From Oopsacas minuta (Eukaryota > Animalia > Porifera): a stretch of 64,000 bases of DNA. The notes under the pieces were generated by a model. It ran no database searches, was not told the origin of the DNA, and was given only the letters and a program-made list of their open reading frames with translations. Below, in pieces: positions 32,348 to 46,550 of this stretch (position 1 is the first letter of the stretch; every line of letters begins with the position of its first letter). A program made the position numbers and the translations under genes. The DNA is taken from positions 1-64,000 of the forward strand of contig JAKMXF010000188.1 of the NCBI GenBank assembly GCA_024704765.1. Reading direction: 5' to 3'.

Positions 32348-32606
32348 CAGTCAAACCTGCCTAACGGCTACATTATATTGTGATCGCCTCCCATAAGGTC
32401 TACCTTTGACAAGTACCTTGGGTGGCCATCATTAACTACTCTCACTATATTATCTTAATTATGGGTCTCTTGTCTTAAAGGCCAACTTCTCTATATCAGC
32501 ACCATTAACATAACGTTACTACCACACTAGTGTATAACTGTCAACCTCTCTTAAACGACCACTTTTGGCCAGTCCCTTCGGTGGCCGTAATAGACAAGTT
32601 TGACTG
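32348..32606. mobile_element. pogo/Tigger-like MITE
   Basis: TA-flanked; TIRs cagtcaaacctgcctaacggc / gccgtaatagacaagtttgactg. Confidence 0.85.
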
Positions 32607-32615
32607 TATATATAT

Positions 32616-32759
32616 ACCGGCGCTCGACAAAATTGAAATTCCGTGTTGGCTAACTTAGCAACCACCTCGCATAACTAAGCCAAAATACAACATTTTTTGG
32701 TGGCTTAAGGAAAATTCTGGTGGCTATAGCCACCAAACCACTGGATTTGTCGAGCACTG
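32616..32759. mobile_element. hAT-like MITE
   Basis: Ends ccggcgctcgacaaa and tttgtcgagcactg; TSD not verified. Confidence 0.6.
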
Positions 32760-33161
32760 AATTACATACAGATTAATAGTATAGATACTATTACAACGCA
32801 ATTAATCTGTATATATGTTACAGTCAATACCCGAAATCTGTCAGGGACGCGTAAAATGGTATGTATTGTTTTACTGTACCGAATATACTTCAGAATAGTG
32901 GCTCACTATTAAAATACGTGCATTAAATTTATGTATCGTGTTAACTACTAGTTAGTGAGCCAGTACACACCATTCGAATAAATATTTCTTAACCTCTCCT
33001 TTTTGGACAGATTTTGATTCTGCTAATAATTTCCAATTCAACATCATGCATTGTCCCGCTTATCTCTTCACCATGGTTAGCTAGCCTGCGAATGTTCATT
33101 TCGGCTCTAAATTATATCATACAATACTCTTGAATATAGCGTAGTGTGTAGAGTCAACATT

Positions 33162-36100
33162 ATGTCTCGTTTTCTTGTGAATCATCTATCTGCCATGAGT
33201 CGGCTCTGTCGTGTGACTGTATTGAGACCTCTCTTAACTCCCAGCACTACTCAGGTGAGATTCCAGACAACTGACATAAAGCATCGAGACCGTTTGATTC
33301 AGAAAGAATTAGGAATAGCTAGGTATGTCGGTATGAAGACTGTATACTCCGCCGACATAGAGACATGTACTGTTGTTCCTAATCACACACCGCTACCTGT
33401 GTATCAGGTGCTGGATAATGAGGGATGTGTACATGATACAGATCAGCTGTCTCTGTCTAATCAAGAGGTTTTGGATATATACAAACAAATGGTTAGTTAC
33501 ATATCTGTTTGTATTTAATTCTTTAGTTCTAACAAAGGTAGACGATTGAAATCAGAATATTATGTGGGATAATTATAGTTACAGTATATCCTCCAAAGGT
33601 GGGGTGTCTGGGAAGCATTTGTAAGACTCTAAACCCGAATTGCTAATACCCCACTTCTAACAACCAAAATTTACCATTATTTCCATTCATTAAGAGTTTT
33701 AGCACATAATATGAATTATTTTAGGCTGTCTCACTCTGGATTTTTCACTGTATATTTACTCCAGTTATGATAAATAACCACTTTAGTAGATTCATTTTCC
33801 TGTGGTCTTCGATACAGATTCTCCACTCCTACCTTGTAAAGCCCCAATTCGGCAGGTTCTAATGCATTTTAGCCCACTAATGAGAATACATAATTGAATC
33901 ATCGCATATGTACAATTTCACCTTTTGAGGTTCCACTGTAATTGGTTTACTGCGGGATTTTTCCGTTCTCTAAAATACCGTCTGGTTCCACCTAATTAAT
34001 TCGGAATTGAGCGAATGAAAATTGTATTGTTGTTGTCAACATAATAAATTGATAGGTAAATAGTCTAACATCAGTGAATAGATACATATTTAGGGGAGAA
34101 ACCATATGCTCTATTTTAGGAGTTATTGCAGTGTTCTCACCTGACCATTTTGACGCATCAGGCCGATACGTTTGAACAGAAGAACTTGCAAGTTATAATG
34201 TCAACTAATATTCTACGATTTTCCAGTCGATGCTTAATACATTACAGGGCTGGATTCGGTTAGCCGGTTAGTCGGTTAACCGCCGCTATAACCAGTTAAC
34301 TGCTAGGAGAAAATATATTCGGTTAACCGAATACTACCGGAAAAATGTGTGATTTAATCTAAGTTGTTTAATACGTCTTTTAATGAAGACGGATTACGTA
34401 TAATACGTACAAATAGATCACGTATAACGTATTATACGTTATACGCGTATTATACAACTTAGGATTTAATTACGTCAAAAAGGTACTAAAATCTCGTTTT
34501 TGGTGCGGGAATTGTTAAACCGAAGTGGTAAATTTTGTGTTCCTTTTCACTACGAACATAACACCATTCTGAGCTCTTAACAGCTCAATTCGAACTGTAA
34601 AAAGAATTTTGAAGAACGTAGTGTAAACCTCTGTTTTATTCATATATCACGATCTGAAGTATCAATAACTATTTATAATAGCTTGTACAGGAGGGAATAT
34701 CTTGTATCTTGGTGTTAATTAATACTTCTGTTATAACACACATAGATATATACCAATACCAACAACTACTACTCCTACATAAGAATATAGTCTGTTTATT
34801 CGTGTACCAATACACTCCTCTGTTAGTAGAGTTACTACTAAAGTACCAGCGTTAGCTAATGGAACAGCTGATGAGATGGATACTCTCCCCAGGGTCCAGT
34901 AGAAGAGGAGAGATCCCAGCTGATTAATTCCAAACACTAACCAGTAGCTAATATTAGTCAGTAGATACCATAGATCTGATCCTACCTGACCAGTGATAGA
35001 TGTACTCTTGTTATTGTTTAATCCACTGCTTGCTGATCTAAGTAGTGGGTTAGTAACTCCCCATAATAGTGCTACTAGTGATAGCAGTCCTATACTCAAT
35101 AGCTCCATTTAATAATATCTGTAATAAATTTGAATAATACATATATACTAGTACAGCGGAGTCGGTTATAAGAACATTACCGTGAACTGGACATAATGTT
35201 CTTATAACAGGTATGTAGTAATTGTGGGTGCCGGAGATGAAAACACTTCATTTAAATTTTAGATAGATTTGGATGTAGGGATAATATTATGGAAACATGT
35301 CACATATCTACAGTATGATGAAGTATGCCTATTCTACAAACATACCTGTAATAAGAACCAATTAGACTTCTACTCTAAGAGTGTTCTTATAACCAGAACA
35401 AATTCTATTGGGGTGTATGGCAACTGTTTTCCAGTAAAATGTCCTTTTATCCAGTAAAAATCTATGGAGTAGAATACAAAAGATTCAGTAAATCAAGTTA
35501 AGGTCCTTATAACCAGCATTTACCTCATAACAATTAAGAGATAATAATCTTGTTAGTTACAATACACCACTATATCTTGCCATCATCATCTTGAGTATAT
35601 CCTAGTGTGGAGCTCCTTGATATTTCCATCTGAATAGTCTCCGGTCACGATATTATGTTTCTTGTCAAAACAGACTATGTATTCACATTTATTTGTGTAT
35701 TACCCTGCTGACTACATATATGAAAGAGCGTATGCGTGGCTTCTCACCAGCTGGAGAAAACACGTGAAGACATTGATTATTTGTAGAAACTCAGAACACA
35801 GAACCATCAATTAGTTTTACGTATCACCTTCATAGTGTAATGTGTAGTTACTTTAGTTACCAATTTGTAGTTTGGAAACTACTGGAATATGGAATGAACC
35901 ACGAATCACTAACTATAAATCTTCATCATGCATCACATAGCATCACACTGTTTTATTGTATTCTCCTATAGTAGAGAATACACTTATACGACCTGAACTA
36001 AATCTATGTTCTACTTAGATGAGCTGTGTATTTCTCATCTGAAGCTACTCCTCTAGAATATTCAAATTCCCCATCAGCTGGTCCTTTCTTACCAACAGAT

Positions 36101-39100
36101 ATCCTTGGTTGTGGAGGTCGAGATACTCTCCTCTATCTGTTGAGTGTCTTACTGAAACAGTACCTCAGTCCCCTCACAGTAAGATGTAGCTCTTTTTTCT
36201 CAACGCCCATCTCCTCTGTGGCTCTACCATCCTCTCTCTCATGGTGTGGAGTGTGTTCTCTTTTATTTGGGTTTGTAAGTTAGCTTTGGATTCCTATAAC
36301 TGAAGTATAGTTTGGTTACGTCCGTTTTCCGCAGCCCTTCTATCTGTTTCTCTCTGAACTCTGTGATTAGTTCAACACGTCTTCTGTTGAGACAGACTAC
36401 CTGATGATCAAACAGCTGATTAATAAATCCTATGGGAATGATTTTATTGGGAATAAGCAGTTATAAGCAACCCTGACTGTATCTATAATCTGTTGTTTCT
36501 AACCAGAATAAGCTTCTGGCATTGCAAAATTCGGAAATTACTCTCGGAGTGTGGGTGACTCCATTAGGCGTATGGGGCAAAATATATCTAGGATTGTGAT
36601 TATTATGATCTATCTTCATACCAGTTAACATTAGCATCCTGATTAAAACGTATTTATTACGTAAATCACATCACAAGAGCGTTAGGGCAATAGGAGCGTG
36701 CTCCCTAGAACCTATATGAACCCTGAAGGGTGTTTAACATGTTGAAAGGAATTAATCTATTCCAATTCTTAATTTCCCTGAGATTAGCCATTTTATTAAC
36801 TATATTCCTAGGTAACATTAACACTGATGGACAAGCTGCTTTACGATGCTCAGAGACACGGTAGAATCAGTTTCTACATGGCCTGTACAGGAGAGGAGGC
36901 TATACACTTTGGATCATCTGCTGGACTATCTCATGAAGACATGGTGTATGCTCAGTACAGAGAAGCTGGTGTTCTCATGTATAGGGGGTTCTCACCTGAA
37001 GAATGTATGAATCAGTGTACAGGTAATGTATTGGATTTAGGCAAGGCTCGCCAGATGCCTGTACACTATGGCAGCAGGAAGCTAAACTACCAACATATAT
37101 CATCTCCACTCGGTACACAGATACCACAGGCACCTGGCACTGCATACGCTTTTAAGCTACAAGGAGCTAACAAGTGTGTATGTGTGTTCTTTGGGGATGG
37201 ATCAGCTAGTGAGGGAGATTGTCATGCTGCTATGAACTTTGCTACTACACTACAGTGTCCTGTGTTATTCTTTTGCAGGAATAATGGGTATGTTATAATT
37301 GTTATTCATAATTATGGTTTCATATTACAGTAGAACCTGCATAATCTGACACTCGTTGGGAAACGAAGAAAATTTCGGATGAGTAAATTGTCGGATTATA
37401 CAGGTGTTCTCGTATATACTAATGTAAAATTCAAGACATATGGTTGTCAAATATCAAGTATGTAGTATACTATATTTACATTGTAAACGATAATGTTGGA
37501 TTATGAAGGGAAAATCACCTCCATAATCCGACATTTGTTGAAATATGTACATCTCAGATAAATGAAAGCTAAATCGCTAAATCGTCGGTTTATAGAGGTC
37601 GAATTTATATTACTTGATCATCATTAAATTGTCGGATTACGGAGTAGCGAGGTTCCGGGTTATTGAGGTTGTTTTCTATACAAAACTATCCGTGAAAAGA
37701 AATAATGTCGGTTTAGCGAAATTCCGGATTACAGAGGTGTCGGATTATGCAGGTTCCACTATATATCGTATTTCATCTAAATGAATCTGTAATTGAATAA
37801 TTAAGTCTATGGATGCCAAAAGATGTAAATTCCCAGTGATGGACTTAATTTGCCAAAACAGAGAATTTATGTTTAATAGTGGCCCGGAGGATTACTGGAG
37901 AAGGAGAAGACGCTCTATAATAATAGTTTAGCTTTTACAGAAGCCGTTAGATTCTAACATGTCAGTGTATTTTAGTGTAACTTAGTACTAGCCAGCTGTC
38001 TTCCCTTGATTTCTGGCACTATGGTCAGGTGTCCCCTTTATGTCAGATGTCCCCCCTCCAAGACGGCTGTAGACCTAACTATGTGCCAGTTTCTTACTGT
38101 ATTTAACACACTTGTACAAGTGGATGGTCTTGTCATGTTTAGCATGTATACTTTGATCATAAACGCTGTAGTAACAAGCTGGGGTAGTATTGTTCAAGAT
38201 CGATCATTAATCAATTCATGATAATATATACTTATACAGCGCCGTCCAATCAGGACAGAAATTCATTTTGGGACATCGAGGACTAATGTATTGACTCTTG
38301 TGCCACGAATCTAGGAAGTCTCCTTAGTGTCATTAGTACAAGGAACTTTTTGGTATAGTACCATGAGTCTAGGCGTATTAAATTAGGAGACGCGTTGTAC
38401 TATACGAAACTCCTCAGTAGCTTACTAGCAAATTTGTTTATTACTACCAAAATTTGAGTCTAATTACGGTTTTATTGTGTAACATTACATCCATAAATCA
38501 CTAGACCTGATAGTACATACACTATAAGATAAAATATCTCCCATTTAGATACGCTATATCTACTCCTGCTACTGAGCAGTATGCTGGAGATGGAATAGCC
38601 ATGAGAGCTATAGGTTACGGGATGGAAGCTGTGCGAGTAGATGGTAATGACCTATTCGCTGTGTATAATGCTGTGAAACACTACAGAGAGCGTGCTGTTA
38701 CGGAGAATGCTCCTTTCCTTATAGAAGCTATGACTTATAGAGTAGGACATCATAGTACTAGTGATGACTGGAAGGCTTACCGCTATGAGAATGAAGTACA
38801 TGAGTTAGGGCTCAACTCTTGTCCTGTCAAGAGAGTTAAACTGTTTTTGATAAAGCAAGGCTTGTGGACTTCAGAGGAAGATGAAGATTTTATTCAACAG
38901 GTAAAGTACTGTTACTATTTTCATGTAGGGATTATATTTTTAATTATTTCCCGTTTTACAACATTTAGCTATAACTATTTGATAGGATTGATACAAATAT
39001 TCGAATTCGTAACGGACTACAATTTAGCTCTACAATTAATTTATATAATGTGGTATAGTTAGTATAACAGTGGATACTGGTTATGAGAACACCCTTTGGA

Positions 39101-39717
39101 ACAACAAAATACCTAAAGTCTTCCCCTAATTTCCCTGACCTTAACTAACTCCTATCTATAATCGATCCGAACAAGTAACCTACCAAGCCATGTACTGGTC
39201 AATTTAGTTTGTGCTATGCGTTAATTAAACTCTAGCTACGCCCTACCTCTTTTAGCCCTTATTTAAAACTGCACATATTATTGAGTACAACGTTTTAGAG
39301 GAGAATGAATTTTTGATTCACATCCCATTTCCACAGGATTGTCTGTGGGAATTCCCATATGAGAATTACCACATGGGTAAGGAAACCATTTTACATCTCT
39401 TTTCCCATGGTAATTCCCATTCCTACGGCAACCCTGTAGAGACAGGGTCCACTTAATCTGTTAGTCCAACTTTCTGGGTTCTGCCGGAAACCCCATGATT
39501 CCTGGAGAAGCCGGCCTTGCTAACATTTACTGTTCTTTAGACAAGAAGTACTCTAATCCAAACTCTAGAGAAAGCAGAACGTCAGCCTAAACCAGGATTA
39601 GACTCTCTCTTCACGGATGTTTATGACAAAATACCTTCTAATCTGATAGATCAGAGAAATGAAATAACCAATCATATCAGAAAATACCCCAATGAATATC
39701 CCAAACATTATCAATAG
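33162..39717 (+). CDS. BCKDHA: Branched-chain keto acid dehydrogenase E1 alpha. Exons 33162-33491, 36812-37287, 38549-38900, 39541-39717
   Basis: Mitochondrial-type leader, [68 protein letters not shown], and [18 protein letters not shown] junctions have matching phases 0, 2, 0. Confidence 0.93.
34731..35108 (-). CDS. TMEM234: TMEM234 (small DMT-type membrane protein), nested in BCKDHA intron 1
   Basis: [47 protein letters not shown]; hydrophobic, 125 aa. Confidence 0.9.
   Translation of the reverse strand: MELLSIGLLSLVALLWGVTNPLLRSASSGLNNNKSTSITGQVGSDLWYLLTNISYWLVFGINQLGSLLFYWTLGRVSISSAVPLANAGTLVVTLLTEECIGTRINRLYSYVGVVVVGIGIYLCVL
35530..36430 (-). pseudogene. Decayed coiled-coil + NHL-repeat gene relic in BCKDHA intron 1
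   Basis: Minus frames read [72 protein letters not shown] and [18 protein letters not shown]. Many stops and frameshifts. Confidence 0.6.
37328..37761. mobile_element. pogo/Tigger-like MITE in BCKDHA intron 2
   Basis: TA-cagtagaacctgcataatc ... gattatgcaggttccacta, with repeated cggatta subterminal motifs. Confidence 0.82.
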
Positions 39718-40582
39718 TCAATGCACCATTATTACTCATTTATACGTACATTTAATCTCTCTAATTTGTAATTCTATTGCTAGGTTAAGTTAATTTAACT
39801 TTTTTCGTTCAATTTCTAACAAATGGCCAAAATTGTAACAATACATACGTGATTACCATAGAATTATAATTCTATTGGGTAATTGATTAACCAACACATA
39901 TGTATACAGGTTTGCTAGCGATACAACATTTCATGTTTGGTGTGTAGTTTCGTTGTTTTCTAACTGCCTTAAATTTGTACATATGTTTATACTGTATTGC
40001 ATATTGTTTAAGAATTATTACCCTTGTGTTTCGCATTCAGATTTACAGTGTTTATTATGCTATTTATTGTATTATTTTTGTAGTATTTGAATAATTAATT
40101 ATTTATCTACGTATAAAACAAATCCAATGTAACTCTGGAAGAATTAAAGCCAGGGCAATTGGAGCCCACTGCATTTTAGAAGAGCGGAAGATGGAATTCG
40201 TTCCCTAGAAATGGGAGCATAGCGCTTGATACTCTTCCAGCTTACATTTGGTACCCTAGCGATCGTTCTGTTCTACTATCTATTATTATGTGTTAAATTA
40301 AATAGATTCCATAAGAACTTAGAGATATGTACAGCTGTGTGTACCTGCTATATATCAGGCTTAAATAGTAGATATAAATGCCAATCTGGTTTCTCAACAA
40401 TCCATGAGAGCCTGTGAGAACGGCTACAATTTATGAGAATTTAAAATTCAATCGTGAGATCACTCAAATTTTTTGATATTTAAAAAGCCTTAAGAATTGG
40501 CATATCTGAGACGGTTTATACACTTGTATTTTAATAATTAATATTAAACATATGCTTTTTGTAGTAATCCCTTGTTATAATA

Positions 40583-43500
40583 ATGGGAGAGTTACAACTT
40601 AATTCACTTGTTGGCATAGATGGTCCGAGGAAGAAGCTTACAGGAATAGATTCTCAGAGAATACTCAGAGTACTAGATGAGTATATCATTAAATTAGAGC
40701 TGCTATCCTGCTTGCCTCCTGCCCTTGAGCAAATAGATAGATTGTCTATTGATTTAGGAGCAGATCTCAGATTACAACTAATTCATTACAGAAGTTTGAT
40801 TCAAAAGGCTGGACTAGAACGTCTTTCTGATAAAACAGAGTCACAAGCTACTGAAGTCATGCAGTCTATTATACGAGGATTCTATGTCAATCCTAGTGCT
40901 ATGTCTAATCTGAAGAGCAAGTTCTACAAGGATCAATCTCCCTCCTTCAATGAGTATATTAAGAAACTAAAAGAATTCAGGTAATGCATAACCATAGCAT
41001 TCTATACACTAAGGCAATGATAGTTCATGAAAATTTGGACCAGAGACAGCGATATAAAGAGATGAATTTATGTAGGGAATCCTAGCATTTCCTATAGTCT
41101 CAAAATGGTACACTTTCAACTCTGTCGTGTGAATTCCCTATTTAAATTCATTGCTATATATCGCTGTCACTGGTCCAAATTTTCAATGGACTATCATTGC
41201 CTTAACGTATAGGGTACTCTCCGTATAGAATGCTATAACATAACATAACAGAATATCAATGGTTGGACTAGCAGAATTTCGCAGAGCGAAATTCCCTATT
41301 GCCTTCATGGCGTCGACGAAAACAACCAGCAGTCGTTACTAGTTGAATCTTTCCATGTGATTATGGTACTTTGGCTTGGGACCACATTTGTACAATTTCA
41401 GACTTCCATATATCCTTGTTCGATATTACGGGAGTTGAATGTACACACGCGAAGTAAGTGTATGGAAATATACTGAAATAGATTAAATTTATAGTTTGTC
41501 CTAACTAAATTGACTTATTATCTTTAATAAACTGAATTATATCCATATTCTACTAGATCAGTATTATTAGACCGTCTTGTTACGAGCAGACAAGAAGAAG
41601 TGAATAGAAATCAGAGCCTAAAGGTGCTGGAAGAGAGGAGAGAAGCTCTGAGTATTGACCTAGTGTCAATCAATAAGGAAGTACAAAAAGCTGTATCTAA
41701 GAGGGACACTGATTTAGGGAAGAAGAATGCAAATGTAAGCTGTTATTATACGTGTATTCTAATAGCTACAATACACTCCCCTTAATAGAGATAGACCCAC
41801 CGGTTAATCGAGTCAATTGGCCAGAAACAGAACCATACAAATAATATTAAATTACTCCGGTTAACCAGGTCGGAATGACCTAATCTCAATCTGACCTATT
41901 AAGCGAAGTCTACTGTACTTGTGTATTTATTAATCTATTAGTTTATCAACGTCATTTTGCTGTGATTATCTCATACGAGCCTTCGGCTAAATCGTTTGCT
42001 TTATTTCTATGAAAACAACGATAAATTCTTGCATATTATTAACCATTGCATCGTACAGCTTTTGATATCCATAGTATTACAAATCGCGGTATAAAATAAT
42101 TATCCAATCCTGCTATTTTCTTATCTTTAATAATCAATAACTTATCAAGAATGCAAACAATTATACTTTTACAAATGTATAATGTAGTCATAAATATTAA
42201 TTTAATATATTATCTCTTCTTTAGTTGAAATACCTGAAAGCTGAAATGGAAACTTTACAGAGAATGCATCAGGAGGATGTACAGCTTGCTAGAGATGAAA
42301 CGAAGAAACAGAAAGAACAATATGGGAGCAATCATTTACAGAGAAAACAAAAATTATCAGAACAAGAAATTTCCCAAACTAAAAAACTGAATGGTAACCT
42401 CATCGCTAATAGACAATCTGAAGCTGTTCTGAGGGAGAGAAAGGAGAGGATAGAGCAGGAAGTTGATAATTGGATTCAACGGTATTCTTTATGCTAAACT
42501 ATAATTAATATTGTTCTTGGCAATAATTACAGATATATAATCAGTGATTCATACGTCACAATGAACACTAAATTATGCACTAAAGTAGACTGTCGTTCTA
42601 ATGTACATCGAAAACAGGGAACAACGAATACCATTCTCCTTTGCCGTAATTTTATGGTTTCTGACTTTTGCTTAAAATATGTTCTTATAACCAGCTGATA
42701 TGTTGTTTATGTGAAATTTGCATTGAGGTAGCTGCAATTTCCCAAGGTGGACCTCAGATTTGATTTTGTTTCCTAAAACTTGGATCCAATCAGTGATGAA
42801 TCCAGGATTTGGTAAAGGAGGAACAAGCGTCAGCGATTGTATGAGGGGGCCTGGGGGCAGTGGCGTAACAAGACGAAAAATTCGTAATTTCTACATTTTG
42901 GTCTTAGAATATCAATTGAAAAGTCGGAGCGAGCAAAAATTTGAGTGTCAAGAACTTTAGAAATGTACGGAATATTTTAAATACCTGTTGAGAGCAAGTC
43001 CATGGTCTACTATATAGACGGCTAGCTAAGCAAAGAATTGCCAAAATAATTGGTAACACCGGAGCTGCTATGTGGTTTTGGATAGTAATCTGGGCACTTT
43101 GTTTGTCGAGTATTATGAAATTCTCAAAAATATCGAAATTTGGAGAATTATGATGTGTTTTTGTAGTCATGATGACGCAATAATCCCATGATGAGTCAGC
43201 CTTTAGAAATAAAATACAGTCTATTCTGTTTATTCAAACATTCGCTTTCTTGAACACATTTGATTGGTACCAGGATATTGCATACCCGGGGCAAAATCTT
43301 ATTATATTTTCGTCAGTGATGGTCTGAGGATGTGGCAGAACCGGGGCCGGGTCGGGGCCTGGATTTTCTAATCCGGGCAAATGCCCCGTTTGCTCCCTTG
43401 AGACCTCCACTGCCTGTGATGTCGACTGTAATAATATTCTCGTCAACAGATATGACAGTGATCTAGGGGAGAAACAAGACCGCATTGACGACTTGACAGA

Positions 43501-43762
43501 ACAGCTAGAAGAACGGAGCTCAGATTTGAAGGAGTTAGATCAGAAACTCTTCGTGCTAGAGAAAGAATACTTAGTTGTTGTGGAGGAGAGACAGAAGGAG
43601 AGGAAGAAAATTGAAGAGAAAGACAAACTTTTGAAATTACAAACTGAAGCTGTAACCAAGTTACAATACTACTGGCGGAGATACCGTAAGCTACATCCTA
43701 AACGGCCAAAAAGCAAAAAGGCCAAGGGAAAGGGGAAAGGGAAAAAAGGAACAAAGAAGTAG
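40583..43762 (+). CDS. IQCD: Dynein regulatory complex protein 10 / IQCD. Exons 40583-40980, 41557-41734, 42225-42481, 43450-43762
   Basis: KKLTGIDSQRILRVLDEYIIKLELL, coiled coils, EQEVDNWIQR/YDSDLGEKQ, IQ-like KLQYYWRRY and a Lys/Gly tail. Junction phases 2, 0, 2 give 1146 nt. Confidence 0.88.
41792..41917. mobile_element. pogo-type MITE remnant in IQCD intron 2
   Basis: Ends gtctactg-TA; paralog of 2950-3089. Confidence 0.7.
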
Positions 43763-44759
43763 AATTATAACGATAACTGCTTTCCTACCTATATATTATA
43801 CATCTAATTGTTAATACAATTCCATTTACAGCTATGTTACTTTAAAATTAAAAAATATTATAGCAGTCAGTCAAAATTGTGGGATTTGCCGTAAAAGCAT
43901 GCAAATTGGCACAATAATAACTCGTGTCTAGAAGTGAGTTTTAGCTATGCAGCCATTTCAAATCACCGTATCAACCTTGGCAGGTATTTTAATCTGCCAC
44001 TTGGACACATTTAGAATATTACAAATGACCATAACTTCTACAGTATATAACTATATATCTGATCCCATTTATATATCGATGTTCGTATTCAACGCAAAAT
44101 TCCGCGTCATTTGAGTAGTCAGTCGAATATATTTGGGAGTATTTTCCCCAAGCAACGTAGGAAGGTATCAGGAATGTGGTAACATTCCATTCTCAAATAT
44201 GTCCTAACCCCAGTGGCCCCTCGTTCGACGCCGCTGGGCTAGCAGAGTCTAGTTTTACACAATAGACCCTCTAAATTAACAGTTTTCCAGATGTCTACCC
44301 AAGTTTTTTCTCGTGCCCATTCACACAGTAACTGAAATCAAAAGTCAAAACCTCTGTCTCTTCAATTGTACATGGGGGCGTAGGCTCATACTAGGGATAG
44401 TACTACTAGCTATGGATAAATCTACTCAGGATAAGTATGTACTTATACGCGATATATTTGTACAGAGGGTAGAAATGGTTGAGAATTCCTGGTAAAACCG
44501 ATAATGTAATATCCTTTCATAATATAAACCAGACATGATACCGGTCAGTTTTTTATGACTCGGCCAGTCTGGTCGTCCAATCAATCTTAAGCAACATTAA
44601 ATGATAATAATTAATTCGCAGAAATCTTATTAATAATACTACAGTAGAACCTCGTTAATACGAAGACTAACGAATGTTCGCGATAAACAGAGTTCGTATT
44701 TACCGGAGCAATATTAATTGAATATCTACTGAAGGGACCTGATTATGAGAAAATATGTG

Positions 44760-46550
44760 TTCATAGTAGTAATGCTTCGTGATCGTGATGTTCTTATAAC
44801 CATGCGAGCTGCTGCATTCTGAACACGCTGAAGCTTATTTATATCTCTTGTTTGTAAACCATATAATAAACTATTACAACTGTCAATACGTGAAATAAAT
44901 GTATGAGCAAGCCTTTCTGTAGTTGGACGGTCTAGGTATCTTCGTAACTGCCCAATAGTCCTTAAAGCATGATTTGGAGCACAACACATTTTGGTTATAT
45001 AAGATGGCATCATCAAGTTGCTGTCATAAAACTCCCAGATCACGCACTATCGGTATTGCTTCAATAGTAGAAAGACCTATTTGAATAGGGCCAGCGACCT
45101 ATTATGTTGATAACGAGATGTGGCATGAAGAACTTCGGTTTTTTCTGAATTTAGCACTAGTTTATTATTCATCAACCATGTACATATATCAGCTATACAG
45201 GTTTTCAAGGATTTTAGTTTGTCATCTCTTGTAGAAGATTCAAAATGACTTATGGTGTCAAAGGCTGCAGACAAGTTAAATAATACCATAGCGACATCTT
45301 CTTTAATATCAATTGCTCGCACATGTCATTCTGGCCCGCACCAGTGCAGTTTCTGTAGAATAATACTTCCTATAAGCAGATTGGAGATTATTCTCATCAA
45401 GATACAACTGCAGCTGTATTAACACAGCACGTTCTATTATTTTACCTAAAAAAGGAACGTTAGAAACAGGCCTGAAATTCTTTAGGTCTTCATTGCTAAG
45501 TTCAGATTCTTAATTTGAGGAGTAATAACAGTATATTTCAAAGAGTAAGGAACACATCCAGAGACCAAAGATAAGTTTGTAATTTTCGTAATAACTGGTA
45601 GGAGTGCCTCAATACATTCTTTAAGCAGATGTGCTAGAATCGGATCAAGTAAACAGGATATTGTTGGAGATTGACAAATGATCTTCCTCACCTCAGAACT
45701 TGAAAGGATTTAAACATGCTTAAACTAGATCTACATTGTTCTACGATCTCATCATTTAATCTGGCAGGATAGAACACTCGAGTATATCACGAAAATTTTA
45801 TCTTCACTATAACAGCTGCATGATCCGATGGCAAACTACCATCAATCTTAATATCAGATATCAGGCTCTTTAAAATCGGACAAATAACTAAGTCCAAAGT
45901 GTGCCCCCCTTTTTCTATGAGTAGGACCAACAGCTCTCTGATGTGGATTAGCTGACAAAAGCAGATCAAGTAACTTATATCTGTAGTCACAAGTATCATC
46001 AACATGTACGTATGTTAAAGTCACCGAGTATTAGGAATTTAGTTGATTTAGTCACAAAAGACTCTAGTAATTCTGAAAATTCATCATAAAATAGAGATGG
46101 CATGAGTTAGTTTTCTTGGATGGTGGCGGATGATAAATGGTAAATATTATCAGAGATTTTCCTCCAGACTCTATTGTAATGTCCATATGCTCAAATGAGG
46201 TAAATTTCGTCTTACTATTCATATCTACTTTAAAACCTATGCTCAATATAACACACATTCCAACACCTGGTTTCTCAAAACGAGGAGAGTGATGAATTCT
46301 GAAGTCAGACAATGAATTTTTCAATTCAGCAATGAACATTCTGTCACAATCACGATCCTTTAGCCAAGTTTCTGTAATCGTTAATAGGTCCAGCTTTGAC
46401 ATAACAATCAAGTCAATTATAGTGGTGGAGGAATTATGTTTCAATACAGAATGTGCATTCCATAAAGCAAAACGGTATTCAAGGTGATTAGTATAACTTA
46501 AATGAGAGATTGATACGTTAATAAAGTTAGCCACATTCACTTGAACTCTT
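44760..46550 (-). mobile_element. Degenerate LINE (APE endonuclease + RT; L2/CR1-like) with internal deletion
   Basis: FALWNAHSV..DLLTITETWL, GHTLDLVI..SDHAAV, CLLDPI..LLKECIEALLPVITKI, LSAAFDTISH, WLMNNKLVLNSEKTE, SRIDSCNSLLYGL..LQRVQNAAAR. Several frameshifts; the YADD region was not found. Confidence 0.9.
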
